Shown one piece after another: positions 35,087 through 44,204 of a stretch of DNA of 64,000 nt. Source of the DNA: a bacterium (GTDB taxonomy: Bacteria > Patescibacteriota > Microgenomatia > Woykebacterales > RBG-16-39-9b); the NCBI GenBank assembly GCA_030704665.1, contig JAUYID010000009.1:522460-586459 (forward strand), in the 5' to 3' direction. The notes below the pieces were generated by a model that saw only the letters and a list, made by a program, of their open reading frames with translations, was not told the DNA's origin and did not search any database. How positions within the stretch are numbered: the first letter of the stretch is position 1; every line of letters starts with the position of its first letter. The position numbers and the translations under genes are program-made.

Positions 35087-35476
35087 TTATTTAGTTGTCG
35101 TTTGTATCTTGGGAATATTGAGAATGCTGCGTAACTGCTCGATCAGCTTTTCTCCTGAGGAGGGAAACTTCAACAAACACTTGGAGGCACCCGCTTCGAT
35201 GTAATCCACGCTGTTGTCGGTAATATCCTCAAGGACAACAAGAATTGGTAGAGTGGAAATAGCAATGGTGTGGCTAGAACGAACTACACCGAGAAACCAA
35301 AGAATTTCTTGTTTTGGTGAGCTGATGATACAGGCAGTGATTTTTTCTTTGTGGAGGCGATCCTGACCCTCTCGAGCGTCCATCGCCGTGGCAACATCAA
35401 ACCCTGCGCTTTCAATCAGAGTCGAATACATTTCTCTCAACTCTTTTTGTGGTTCTACAAGTAAGACTTTAGCCAT
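35087..35476 (-). CDS. Single-domain receiver protein, atypical (pseudo-receiver)
   Basis: KVLLVEP...GFDV..A...LPILVV...AGAS.CLLK; the phospho-acceptor Asp appears replaced (ACIISS). Confidence 0.7.
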   Translation of the reverse strand: MAKVLLVEPQKELREMYSTLIESAGFDVATAMDAREGQDRLHKEKITACIISSPKQEILWFLGVVRSSHTIAISTLPILVVLEDITDNSVDYIEAGASKCLLKFPSSGEKLIEQLRSILNIPKIQTTTK

Positions 35477-35699
35477 TCCACCTCAAAAAAAGCTCTCGAA
35501 GCTGCCTTCAGAGAGCCTTGGTACCCAAACTGGAATACAAAAGCAGTTTAATTAACTGATTTTCAAGTTGAGTATAGCAGATTGTATGCTCTTGTAAATA
35601 GAGAATTAGTTGCTAGAAGCTTCTTTACTCTCTATTCCAAGCGGGGAGCTTGCTAGCAGACTGGACGAGTAGAGCAGAGCACGTTAGAATGAAAGAACC

Positions 35700-36395
35700 G
35701 TGATTGAAATCGCCAGCTTAGCCTACAACGAACTCCTTTACCGACCTGTTTACAATCTTGTTGTCATCATTTACAACGTGACTCCTGGGCCAAACTTTGG
35801 TTGGACCATGATCGGTCTGGCAATTTTGATCCGCTTCCTCTTTATCATCTTTACCCTGCGTGGTTTGCGGACCGACGAAATCATCAAACAGGTTGAACCG
35901 CAGATCAAAGAAATAGAAAAAGATACCTACCTCAGCTCACAGGAGCAGCGCGCCAAGATCATGGACCTTTTGCGCTCCAAAGGGATAAACCCCTATACTG
36001 AAATTTACTCCATCGTCGCCCAGGTTGGTTTTTTGGCAGTCAACTACCAGGTCATCCAGTACGGGCTGAAACCATCAGGCTTTCACAATCTTTACTCTTT
36101 CGTACATCACCCGGAAAGTATCAACTCGGTTTTCTTTGGCTTTGATCTGGTGCGCTCCAGTCTAGTGCTTTCCGCTTTCGCTGCATTACTACTTTTTGTT
36201 GAACAAGTCTGGGAATACGCTGAGAAAAAGGAAATCCCGACTGCTTTCTCAGAGCGCTGGTTCCCCTTGCTTTTAGCCAGCGGGACTTTTATACTTCTAT
36301 ATATATTGCCTTCCGCCAAGGCGGTCTTTATTGCAACTTCAGTCTTGTTTAGCTTAGCTCTGAAGACAACCGTCCGCTTGGCAAGAAGAAGCTGA
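35700..36395 (+). CDS. YidC/Oxa1 family membrane insertase
   Basis: LYRP.YNL.V..Y...FG...I.L.ILIR...P.IKEI...G.NP. Confidence 0.75.
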   Translation: MIEIASLAYNELLYRPVYNLVVIIYNVTPGPNFGWTMIGLAILIRFLFIIFTLRGLRTDEIIKQVEPQIKEIEKDTYLSSQEQRAKIMDLLRSKGINPYTEIYSIVAQVGFLAVNYQVIQYGLKPSGFHNLYSFVHHPESINSVFFGFDLVRSSLVLSAFAALLLFVEQVWEYAEKKEIPTAFSERWFPLLLASGTFILLYILPSAKAVFIATSVLFSLALKTTVRLARRS

Positions 36396-36398
36396 TTT

Positions 36399-36986
36399 AT
36401 GTTCGACAAACTAGTTGTTTCATTTTTAACCGAGGAAGTAGTGGGCGGGTTTTTTGTTGACGTCCATCCCGGACAAGTCGCAGCTGTCTACGACCGTTTT
36501 CGAGGAGTACTAAAAAACACCTGGGGTCCAGGACTACACTTCAAGCTTCCTTTCATCCAAAAAGTAAAGAAATTTAATACCCAGACTCTCGAATACACCA
36601 TTCGCGATGGTTTTAATGCAGAAGAGAACAAAGAAATCCTTGGTGACGATGCCTTTAATGTCGTCACCGCTGATGGGGTCTCTGTGCAGCTTTACGGAAC
36701 TATTCTCGTTCGGATCAACAAAGAAAGCGTTGTCGGGATGTGGGAAAACATTGGCGAAGGCTTTATTTCAAAAATTGTTCGTCCGGTCTCCCGCAGCCGT
36801 ATCAGGACTGCTGTTTCTGAATTTACTTTTCAGCAGCTGCACACTTCCGAGCGCCACAATGCCGAGAAAAGAATCAAAGAGCTGCTGGAGCTCGAATTTC
36901 AACCCAAAGGTCTGATCGTTGAAGGAGTCTTGCTTTCCGAAATCAACCAAACTTCTCCCAGCCCAAACAATCCTGAAATGCGTTGA
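36399..36986 (+). CDS. SPFH/prohibitin domain protein
   Basis: V.PG..AV.DRF.GV.....PGLHFKLPFIQ...IVRP..RS.IR. Confidence 0.85.
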   Translation: MFDKLVVSFLTEEVVGGFFVDVHPGQVAAVYDRFRGVLKNTWGPGLHFKLPFIQKVKKFNTQTLEYTIRDGFNAEENKEILGDDAFNVVTADGVSVQLYGTILVRINKESVVGMWENIGEGFISKIVRPVSRSRIRTAVSEFTFQQLHTSERHNAEKRIKELLELEFQPKGLIVEGVLLSEINQTSPSPNNPEMR

Positions 36987-37036
36987 ATTTAAACTCACTT
37001 TCGACTATAATAGCTTCCAACCAAAAATAATCTTGC

Positions 37037-37111
37037 GCGGGATTCGTATAGTGGCTAGTATGCCACCCTTCCAAGGTGGAGGCGAGGGTTCGATTCCCTT
37101 ATCCCGCTCCA
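37037..37111 (+). tRNA. tRNA-Gly(UCC)
   Basis: CCACC-CTTCCAA-GGTGG; TCCA end. Confidence 0.95.
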
Positions 37112-37154
37112 AATAATTTTCACTCTGCGTAGTATAATAATTGAGCTTAGACCT

Positions 37155-37222
37155 GCGCCTGTAGCTCAACGGATAGGCAAGTCCTTAGGACTTGTCCTGC
37201 GATCTAGCGATCTTAGAGCACC
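37155..37222 (+). pseudogene. 5' part of a broken tRNA-Arg-like gene with a 40-nt D-loop insertion
   Basis: GCGCCTGTAGCTCAACGGATAG[37177-37216, ending TAG]AGCACC. Confidence 0.8.
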
Positions 37223-37227
37223 TTTTA

Positions 37228-37304
37228 GCGCCCATAGCTCAACTGGATAGAGCGTATGTCTTCGGAACATAAGGTTGGGGGTTCGAGTCCCTCTGGGCGT
37301 ACCA
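37228..37304 (+). tRNA. tRNA-Arg(UCG)
   Basis: TATGT-CTTCGGA-ACATA; CCA end. Confidence 0.94.
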
Positions 37305-37309
37305 TATAC

Positions 37310-37359
37310 AGGGGTTCGTTTTGCGATTAGCAAACGAGATTGTCCCTTCAGGTGCGCCA
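37310..37359 (+). pseudogene. 3' part of the broken tRNA-Arg with a T-loop hairpin insertion
   Basis: AGGGG-TTCG[hairpin]T-CCCTT-CAGGTGC-GCCA; CAGGTGC pairs fully with GCGCCTG at 37155. Confidence 0.8.
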
Positions 37360-37372
37360 GAAGTGAATTTGT

Positions 37373-37450
37373 GGGGAAGTTAGCTCAGTTTGGTAGAGCG
37401 GCAGTTTGTGGAACTGCATGTCACGGGTTCGAGCCCCGTACTTCCCCCCA
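37373..37450 (+). tRNA. tRNA-His(GUG)
   Basis: G-1:C73 pair; GCAGT-TTGTGGA-ACTGC; CCA end. Confidence 0.95.
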
Positions 37451-37511
37451 TAAGTAGTCAATCTTTCCTCCCCTAGCACTCGTTGACTTGATGTGCTAAT
37501 ATACTTTCACT

Positions 37512-39875
37512 ATGATCAACGAGTCTCAAGAATTTCCACTGATTCCGGTTCGTGATGTCGTCATTTTTCCCCACGCTTCGGTACCTATTTCTTTAAAACG
37601 TGAGAAGTCCGTTTTTGCTCTGGAGGAAGCCCTGCTTGAGCAAAAAAGAGTTTTTGTCGTTATGCAAAAAAACAAGGACCTTGATGATCCGGAAGCAGAT
37701 GATCTTTTCTCTCTTGGGACTGTTTCCAAAATTACCCAAATTCAAAGGTTGCCCGATGGAGTGATCAACATTCTGGTTGAAGGTGAATATAAGGCCGAAG
37801 TTGAAAAGTACAGCCAAGAAGAGCATCACTTTCGAGTCTCAGTCAAAAGGCTGGAAGAAACAGAAATCTCCAAAGAAGAAGTCGAAAAACTGCTCAAACC
37901 CCTGACGGAAAAATTCCGCCAGGCGATTTCGCTTGGTAAACCAGTCCCTCTTGATAGCTTGCCTTCACTTTTTGATTTATCGAACCCTTACCAAACTCTG
38001 GATTTAATTATTTACAATCTAGAACTACGCGCCAACGAAAGACAAGCGCTCCTCGAATGTAAGGATCAGAAAGAGCGCATCAAGAAAGTTGAGTCTCTTC
38101 TTTCTAAAGACCTCTCTGTTTTGCAAACTGCCCGCAAGATCCAAGACCGGACTGCAGAGGAAATCGGCAAAACGGCCAAGGAAGCTTTCTTGCGTGAGCA
38201 GCTGAAATCAATTGAAAAAGAGCTTGGCATCAAAGAAGAGCGCGAAGAGTTTGCTGATCTTGAAAAAAAGATCCACAGTGCCGGTATGCCCGAAGAAGTC
38301 GAGAGCAAAACCTTGAAAGAGCTTGACCGGCTGCGCAAAATGCCTCAATTTTCTCCGGAAGTCTCTTTCGTGCGAACCTATCTTGATTGGATAGTTGATC
38401 TTCCCTGGAAGATCGAGCAGCAAGAAAAAACCAATATTAAAGCCGCTGAAAAAATTCTTAACCAAGATCACTATGGTCTCAAGAAAGTCAAAGAAAGAAT
38501 CGTTGAATATCTTGCCGTGCAAAAGTTAACCGGGAAAATCAGGGGTCCGATTCTCTGTTTTTCCGGGCCTCCAGGAGTCGGCAAAACTTCGATTGGTAAA
38601 TCAATCGCCAAAGCCCTCAACCGTAAATTTGTCAAAGTTTCTCTCGGTGGAATTCGTGATGAAGCCGAGATCAGAGGTCACCGTCGTACCTATGTCGGGG
38701 CTCTCCCCGGACGAATAATTCAAGGTATTAAGGATGCCGGAACCAAAAACCCCGTCTTTATGATGGATGAGATCGACAAACTTGGGTTCGACTACCGAGG
38801 GGACCCATCGGCTGCGTTGCTTGAAGCTCTCGATCCAGAGCAAAACAACTCTTTCTCTGATCATTACTTGGAGATCCCGTATGACCTTTCCAACGTTTTG
38901 TTTGTCACCACCGCCAATGTCCTTGACACTATCCCACCGGCTCTTCGCGACCGAATGGAAATATTGGAATTCCCGGGCTATACCGAAGAAGAGAAATTCC
39001 ACATTGCCCGTGACTATCTCTTCCCAAAGCAAATTGAAACTCACGGCTTGAGCGAAAAGCAAATCAAAATTTCCGACGAAGCTCTACAAAAAATTATTTC
39101 CCGCTACACTCGCGAAGCAGGTGTTCGTAGTATGGAAAGAGAGCTGGCCTCTCTCTGCCGCAAAGTTGCCAAACAAGTAGCGGAGGGGAAAACTAAGGGA
39201 ACTAGCATCACTGAGAAGAACTTGCCTGAGTTTTTGGGTCCGGAAAAGTTTATTCCCTGGGTTGCCGAAAAAAAGGACGAAGTTGGTGTTGCCTCAGGAC
39301 TTGCCTGGACCGAAGTTGGTGGAGAGGTCTTGTCAGTTGAAACTACTCTCATGCCCGGTCGTGGCAATCTTATCCTTACCGGACATTTGGGAGAAGTAAT
39401 GAAGGAGTCAGCTCAGGCTGCTCTTTCTTATGTCAAAAGTCGGGCGGCCAGTTTTGGAATCAAAGAGAATTTTTACAAAAATTCTGATATCCATCTCCAT
39501 GTCCCGGCCGGAGCAATTCCCAAGGACGGTCCTAGTGCCGGTATCACAATGGCGACTTCCCTACTCTCAGCTATTACCAAAATCCCAGTGCGCAAGGAAG
39601 TCGGCATGACCGGGGAGATCACTCTCCGAGGCAAGGTTTTGGAAATCGGCGGTGTCAAGGAAAAAGTTCTCGGAGCTCACCGGGCTGGACTGCGTACCAT
39701 TTTGCTCCCGATGAAAAATAAAAAAGACCTAGAAGAAATCCCTGCCAAAACCCGATCTGATCTCCATTTTATCTTTTTGGAAACCATGGATGAGGTCATC
39801 AAAAACTCTCTAGTCACTGACCCAACTAAATTCGAGACTCACACAGCCTCAAGTAGCCCACTACCCATTGCATAA
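37512..39875 (+). CDS. lon: ATP-dependent protease La
   Basis: [32 protein letters not shown]. Confidence 0.97.
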   Translation: MINESQEFPLIPVRDVVIFPHASVPISLKREKSVFALEEALLEQKRVFVVMQKNKDLDDPEADDLFSLGTVSKITQIQRLPDGVINILVEGEYKAEVEKYSQEEHHFRVSVKRLEETEISKEEVEKLLKPLTEKFRQAISLGKPVPLDSLPSLFDLSNPYQTLDLIIYNLELRANERQALLECKDQKERIKKVESLLSKDLSVLQTARKIQDRTAEEIGKTAKEAFLREQLKSIEKELGIKEEREEFADLEKKIHSAGMPEEVESKTLKELDRLRKMPQFSPEVSFVRTYLDWIVDLPWKIEQQEKTNIKAAEKILNQDHYGLKKVKERIVEYLAVQKLTGKIRGPILCFSGPPGVGKTSIGKSIAKALNRKFVKVSLGGIRDEAEIRGHRRTYVGALPGRIIQGIKDAGTKNPVFMMDEIDKLGFDYRGDPSAALLEALDPEQNNSFSDHYLEIPYDLSNVLFVTTANVLDTIPPALRDRMEILEFPGYTEEEKFHIARDYLFPKQIETHGLSEKQIKISDEALQKIISRYTREAGVRSMERELASLCRKVAKQVAEGKTKGTSITEKNLPEFLGPEKFIPWVAEKKDEVGVASGLAWTEVGGEVLSVETTLMPGRGNLILTGHLGEVMKESAQAALSYVKSRAASFGIKENFYKNSDIHLHVPAGAIPKDGPSAGITMATSLLSAITKIPVRKEVGMTGEITLRGKVLEIGGVKEKVLGAHRAGLRTILLPMKNKKDLEEIPAKTRSDLHFIFLETMDEVIKNSLVTDPTKFETHTASSSPLPIA

Positions 39876-39885
39876 AAGTTTTTTC

Positions 39886-39961
39886 TGGTGAGCCAGGAAG
39901 GACTCGAACCTTCAACCGATTGCTTAAGAGGCAATTGCTCTGCCAATTGAGCTACTGGCCC
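39886..39961 (-). tRNA. tRNA-Lys(CUU)
   Basis: ATTGC-CTCTTAA-GCAAT; CCA end. Confidence 0.94.
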
Positions 39962-40012
39962 ACAAAACTCGTTTCTGGTACAGCATCTTGTACGAAGTTA
40001 GAACCGAATTTG

Positions 40013-40468
40013 TTAGTTCTCTTTAATAATTACTTTGCCATCTTTGTCACGTGTGTCAACCCAGTTGTATCGTTCTACAAAACGAAGATAGAAACCAAAT
40101 GGGTCTGTAGTTCTAAAGTCTTGGTGGCTAAATCTTTTGAATAACTCGCCGACAATACTGTCAGGGTAAAGGCTTTTGTACTTTTCATAAAATGCTTCAA
40201 TGCCTGTAATCGGAATAATGATCTCCACTCCATAGCCACGCGGAGTATCTTTGGAGAATTGTTTGAAAAAGGAATGTTCATAGACTTGCTCATTCCCACA
40301 GTAAAAGTTCAAAATGCTGTTGCCTGAACGCATAACTAAGTAGCCATCACGATTATTAGGTTTTTTCTCCCAAACAACTTCATAACCAAGACTGCCGTAA
40401 AACTTTTTAGCCAATTCAAAGTCTGGTATGTGTAATTCTAGTAAGATGTCGCTCTGTAAATCTTTCAT
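40013..40468 (-). CDS. VOC/glyoxalase-bleomycin resistance family protein
   Basis: ELH.PDFE.AK.FY..LGY...G.GVEI...DFR..DP.GF.LRF; AT-rich. Confidence 0.82.
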   Translation of the reverse strand: MKDLQSDILLELHIPDFELAKKFYGSLGYEVVWEKKPNNRDGYLVMRSGNSILNFYCGNEQVYEHSFFKQFSKDTPRGYGVEIIIPITGIEAFYEKYKSLYPDSIVGELFKRFSHQDFRTTDPFGFYLRFVERYNWVDTRDKDGKVIIKEN

Positions 40469-40481
40469 AATGCTTATGTTT

Positions 40482-40557
40482 TGGTACCCCAGGAGGGATT
40501 CGAACCCCCGACCTTGACGTTAGAACCGTCCTGCTCTATCCGCTGAGCTACTGGGGC
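40482..40557 (-). tRNA. tRNA-Arg(UCU)
   Basis: GCCCCAG/CTGGGGT acceptor; loop GTTCTAA (unusual G32); CCA end. Confidence 0.88.
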
Positions 40558-40611
40558 AAATTAAGTTGCCTTATTATACTATTTTGAGGCTGATAAATCT
40601 AGCTATAGCCG

Positions 40612-42207
40612 CTAAATAACAAGTTTGGGAATTTTCCAAGAAGAAACATTTTGGAAACGGTCGGCAGGGCTTTGGAAATAGTTCAATTCAATATTGTTGA
40701 TTCGAGCGTTGACCACCCAGGAATAGCCCGGATAGTAAAGAAAAATTGCTGGAGATTCGTCAGCCAGAATTCTGACAAACTCAGTGTAGCGATCCTTCCT
40801 TATCTTCAAATCATTGGATTTGCGCCCATCCTCGAGAAGCTTATCAAGTTTTGGAGAAGCAATTGAGGTTATATTGCCCTGAGCAATCTGGGTAGAGTGC
40901 CAAAGAACGTATTGATCTGGGTCATCGGAAATTTCCGCGGTCGTCAAAACCGCCTGAAACTGAGTCCGTTTGATCGCGTCCGTCAGTTCCTCACTACCAA
41001 GCTCAATTGTCTGGAAGGCAATTCCTAGTTTCGCCCACATTGCGCCGATTTCAGCGGCAATTTTCTCAAAATCTGGATCGCGTGGCAAAGTAAGGGTTAG
41101 AGTCAAAGTTTTACCAGCTTTTTTTAGGAACGAATTTTGCTTCTTCCAGCCACTACTTTCCAATCTTTGGGCAGCCTTGGCCAGATCAAGAGGGAAGCGC
41201 TCTGCCTGTCTCAACCCTAAACTGTTTTCTTTGGGAAAAGGCCCTTGCGCCTGTTCCGAAGCTGGATTGGCAAAATTTAGTAGTTTTTCTTTTGGAGCTG
41301 CCTGGGCAAGCGCCTGCCGTACTAATTTGTCAGAAACAAACTCAGCTCGGGTGTTGAAAAAAATTGTCACCACCCGACTGGGCAGTGTTTGCGAGTAGAT
41401 TTTCAAATTGTGCCAATTTTTAAACTGCTCAATCTCATTCCGGGACAAGCCTCCGAGAGCTTTTATTTCTCCTTGTTTGAGCGCTAAAATTGCCTTTTCC
41501 GCAGTGGGGTAGAGCTTAAAAACCAAGTCTCTTTTTGAGTTGGTAAGCACGATTTTTTCTCTGGAAAAAGAAGCGACTCTAAACCCACTAGTACCAACCG
41601 GACGGTAACTCTTCAGGGAAATGTGGGCTGGAATTATTCCCAAAGTTGTTTGGGAAAGAAAGGGCGCAAAGGGCTCTTTGAGGGTAAATTTGATCGTGTA
41701 CTCATCAAGTTTCTCAATGCCGACATCTTTGAAAGCAGTTCTAGCACTCGCGGCTAAATTGGGGTCCTGAGCTTGGCGGATAGTGTAAACGACATCATCA
41801 GCAGTGAACTTTTTTCCGTCTTGCCAATAAATGTTTTTCTTGAGTCTAAAAATATAGTCCGTACTGCCGAAAAGTTCGTAGTTTTCAGCCAAATCAGTCT
41901 CAATCTGCCCACTCGGGCCAATTTTGGTCAAGCCCCGAAAGATGAGTTGATTGATCTCTTTTTCTGCCTCAGTAGCTTCAAAAATGGGGTTCAAGGACTT
42001 GACCGAACCAACCTTTCCTTCGATATAAGTGGTTTTTGATAGTGCCGCGGTAGTTCGGTTGACCAAGGGCTGCCAAAATCCAAAAAAGGTGAGTCGGAAA
42101 AAAACAAAGACAAAAAGCAAATACAAACCCAAGCGTAGTATTTGTCTAGTGTTTCTTTTTGAATAAGCAACCAGGAGAAGATAGTAAAACCTGAGTTTTT
42201 TTATCAT
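40612..42207 (-). CDS. ABC transporter substrate-binding protein, family 5 (peptide)
   Basis: LIFRGL...DLAE...WQDG..FTADDV.YT; DPDQY.LWHS.Q. Confidence 0.88.
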   Translation of the reverse strand: MIKKLRFYYLLLVAYSKRNTRQILRLGLYLLFVFVFFRLTFFGFWQPLVNRTTAALSKTTYIEGKVGSVKSLNPIFEATEAEKEINQLIFRGLTKIGPSGQIETDLAENYELFGSTDYIFRLKKNIYWQDGKKFTADDVVYTIRQAQDPNLAASARTAFKDVGIEKLDEYTIKFTLKEPFAPFLSQTTLGIIPAHISLKSYRPVGTSGFRVASFSREKIVLTNSKRDLVFKLYPTAEKAILALKQGEIKALGGLSRNEIEQFKNWHNLKIYSQTLPSRVVTIFFNTRAEFVSDKLVRQALAQAAPKEKLLNFANPASEQAQGPFPKENSLGLRQAERFPLDLAKAAQRLESSGWKKQNSFLKKAGKTLTLTLTLPRDPDFEKIAAEIGAMWAKLGIAFQTIELGSEELTDAIKRTQFQAVLTTAEISDDPDQYVLWHSTQIAQGNITSIASPKLDKLLEDGRKSNDLKIRKDRYTEFVRILADESPAIFLYYPGYSWVVNARINNIELNYFQSPADRFQNVSSWKIPKLVI

Positions 42208-42242
42208 TGAACCAATCAGACTAAGTTCTTTGAGAGCAGGAC

Positions 42243-42464
42243 TTAACTAATCAAAACGGAAGACAAAGAAAGCACAGCAAAGCTGAGTGCCAAAACTATC
42301 GTTGCGTAGTGCAAAAGTTTTTCAACTCCGCGTCGGGAGCGATAAACTACACTACCACCCCCAAAAATACTACCGACTCCGCTGCCTTTGTTTTGCATGA
42401 TGATCACAACAACAAGCAAGCAGGCTACGACTATTTGTATCAAAAAAAGACCTGTTCTCAACAT
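42243..42464 (-). CDS. secG: Preprotein translocase subunit SecG
   Basis: IIMQNKGSG.GS.FGG.....RRG.EK.L. Confidence 0.92.
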   Translation of the reverse strand: MLRTGLFLIQIVVACLLVVVIIMQNKGSGVGSIFGGGSVVYRSRRGVEKLLHYATIVLALSFAVLSLSSVLIS

Positions 42465-42515
42465 CAGAGGGCTATTCTATCACAGCTCCGTTTTTGTCGC
42501 AATTACTCCTTCTCT

Positions 42516-42914
42516 TCACTTAAAAAGGCTTTGGAGCAAACTCGCGATCAAACCGATTAAAAAGCTGGCTAGAAAAATACTAAAAAGCGGAGTTAGCTGA
42601 AAAGCTGGCAAGATAAAACCGCTTACGCTAAGTCCCCCAAAGTTAAAGCTGACAATACTAAAGCCCTGAATAAAGAAAGTAACCAAGTAAAGAATAAAGA
42701 TGTTGGTGAGCACACTCATGAGACCAAAAGTCAAAAGATTGAAAGGCAAGGCAAGAAGTTTCAGAATTGGCTTGACGAATTGAGTCAAAACGGCAAAAAC
42801 GATTCCCGCCAAAGCAAGGGTTTGGAGATCAGTATAGGCAATACCTTTGTAAAAAGACGAAACCAAAAGGAAAGCAAAAGCTGACAGAATCAAATTACGA
42901 GCAAGTTTTTTCAT
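42516..42914 (-). CDS. Phage holin-like (YvlD family) membrane protein
   Basis: VKPILKLLALPFNLLTFGL motif. Confidence 0.82.
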   Translation of the reverse strand: MKKLARNLILSAFAFLLVSSFYKGIAYTDLQTLALAGIVFAVLTQFVKPILKLLALPFNLLTFGLMSVLTNIFILYLVTFFIQGFSIVSFNFGGLSVSGFILPAFQLTPLFSIFLASFLIGLIASLLQSLFK

Positions 42915-42953
42915 TTCTCTACTTTGATTTTAACAAATATATTGACCAAAAGG

Positions 42954-44192
42954 CTACTCTAGCAAGGCTGCTTTGGTTGAGAGCTTGCGGTAAAAACTTA
43001 TCGCAAAACGGTGAGCCTCATCACGAATTCGGGTGATGAGATAAAGAGCTCCCGAGTCTTTTGGCAAACGGAGCGGCGTAGTTTCAAAAAGATGAATTTC
43101 CTCATTACGCTTGGCCAAACCAATGACGGGTATTGCCAAACCAGCGTTCTCGATTTCTGTTTTTGCTGCACCAAGTTGCGTCTTGCCACCATCGACAATA
43201 ATTAAATCTGGTTTCGCCCACTCATTTTTTAGCCGCCGCCGAATCACTTCTCCCATCATTCCCGGATCATTGGGAGAAGAAAAACCTTTAATCTTAAAAC
43301 GACGGTATTGTCCCCGATCGACTTCTCCATCAGTTAAAACCACCATCGAACCAACCGGAAAAGACCCTTGAAAATTGGAAATGTCATAGCATTCAATTCT
43401 GCGCAAGTAGGTTTTCATCCCTAAAGTTTGAGCCAGTTCTTGCAGCTCCTTTTGGCGAATTTCCTTGATCGAAGAAGCTTCCAAATACTCATCGATTCGT
43501 CGTCGTGGACGAGTCACAAAATTAACCGCCTCGATTTTTCTCCTCGTTTCCTCTGCTTTTTCGTACTCAAGCTTACTCGAATAGGTTTGCATCTCTTTCT
43601 TAAGCTCTCGAACCAGTTTATTTTTGTTCCCCTCGAAAAAAAGTTTTAACTTGCTAATGTTCTTTTTATAGTCCTTTTCACTGATTTGGTTGGTGCAAAC
43701 ACCAGGACACAAACCAAGGTGGTAGAAGAAACAGGCTCGTCCTTGCCCTGGCTTGCAAGAGGTTCGGAAGGGAAAAACCTTCCGTAGACTTCTCAAAACC
43801 ACGCGCAAACTTCGCGCTGATGGGTAAGGCCCAAAATACTCTTGAGCATCAACAAGCCCCTTTTTCCGTGCCAAAAGTACTCGCGGGAAGGCTTCTTTGA
43901 CAATCTTTAAGTAAAGGTAGTCTTTGTCGTCTTTGAGTTGAACGTTAAAATCTGGATAGTATTTCTTGATTAAATTGGCTTCAAGGATGAGAGCTTCTGT
44001 TTCCGAATCAACTTCAATTGTTTCCAAACTCTTTGCCTCTCTCATCAGAATTTCTTGGCGCGGGGCAAGTCCAACCCGAAAGTAGCTGTTTAACCTTGAT
44101 TTCAAGTTGGCGGCTTTGCCGACGTAGAGAACTTTACCCTTTTTGTCTTTGAAAAGGTAAACTCCGGGCCGGTTAGCACCGATCTTTTTCAT
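42954..44192 (-). CDS. uvrC: Excinuclease ABC subunit C (short form without C-terminal HhH)
   Basis: PGVYLF...YVGKA.NL, RIECYDISN, PDLIIVDGG, RIRDEAHRFA. Confidence 0.93.
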   Translation of the reverse strand: MKKIGANRPGVYLFKDKKGKVLYVGKAANLKSRLNSYFRVGLAPRQEILMREAKSLETIEVDSETEALILEANLIKKYYPDFNVQLKDDKDYLYLKIVKEAFPRVLLARKKGLVDAQEYFGPYPSARSLRVVLRSLRKVFPFRTSCKPGQGRACFFYHLGLCPGVCTNQISEKDYKKNISKLKLFFEGNKNKLVRELKKEMQTYSSKLEYEKAEETRRKIEAVNFVTRPRRRIDEYLEASSIKEIRQKELQELAQTLGMKTYLRRIECYDISNFQGSFPVGSMVVLTDGEVDRGQYRRFKIKGFSSPNDPGMMGEVIRRRLKNEWAKPDLIIVDGGKTQLGAAKTEIENAGLAIPVIGLAKRNEEIHLFETTPLRLPKDSGALYLITRIRDEAHRFAISFYRKLSTKAALLE

Positions 44193-44204
44193 GATGGTAT
44201 TTTA

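Noticed and set aside
34826-35134. 102-aa ORF, and similar ORFs at 8145-8426, 31534-31902, 36919-37116, 37275-37457, 39920-40144
   Set aside because: These are translations of tRNA genes or their antisense strands.
7583-37359. Outer tRNA fragments as functional intron-containing or split tRNAs
   Set aside because: Outer Val and Leu carry stem mismatches, and outer Arg lacks an anticodon arm. The inserts are far too short for group I introns, and I saw no consistent bulge-helix-bulge motif. An intact cognate tRNA is present in each case. Not formally excluded without RNA data.
42516-42914. Prophage indicated by a 'holin'
   Set aside because: YvlD-type membrane proteins are common chromosomal genes; the neighbours are secG and uvrC, and no phage genes are present.
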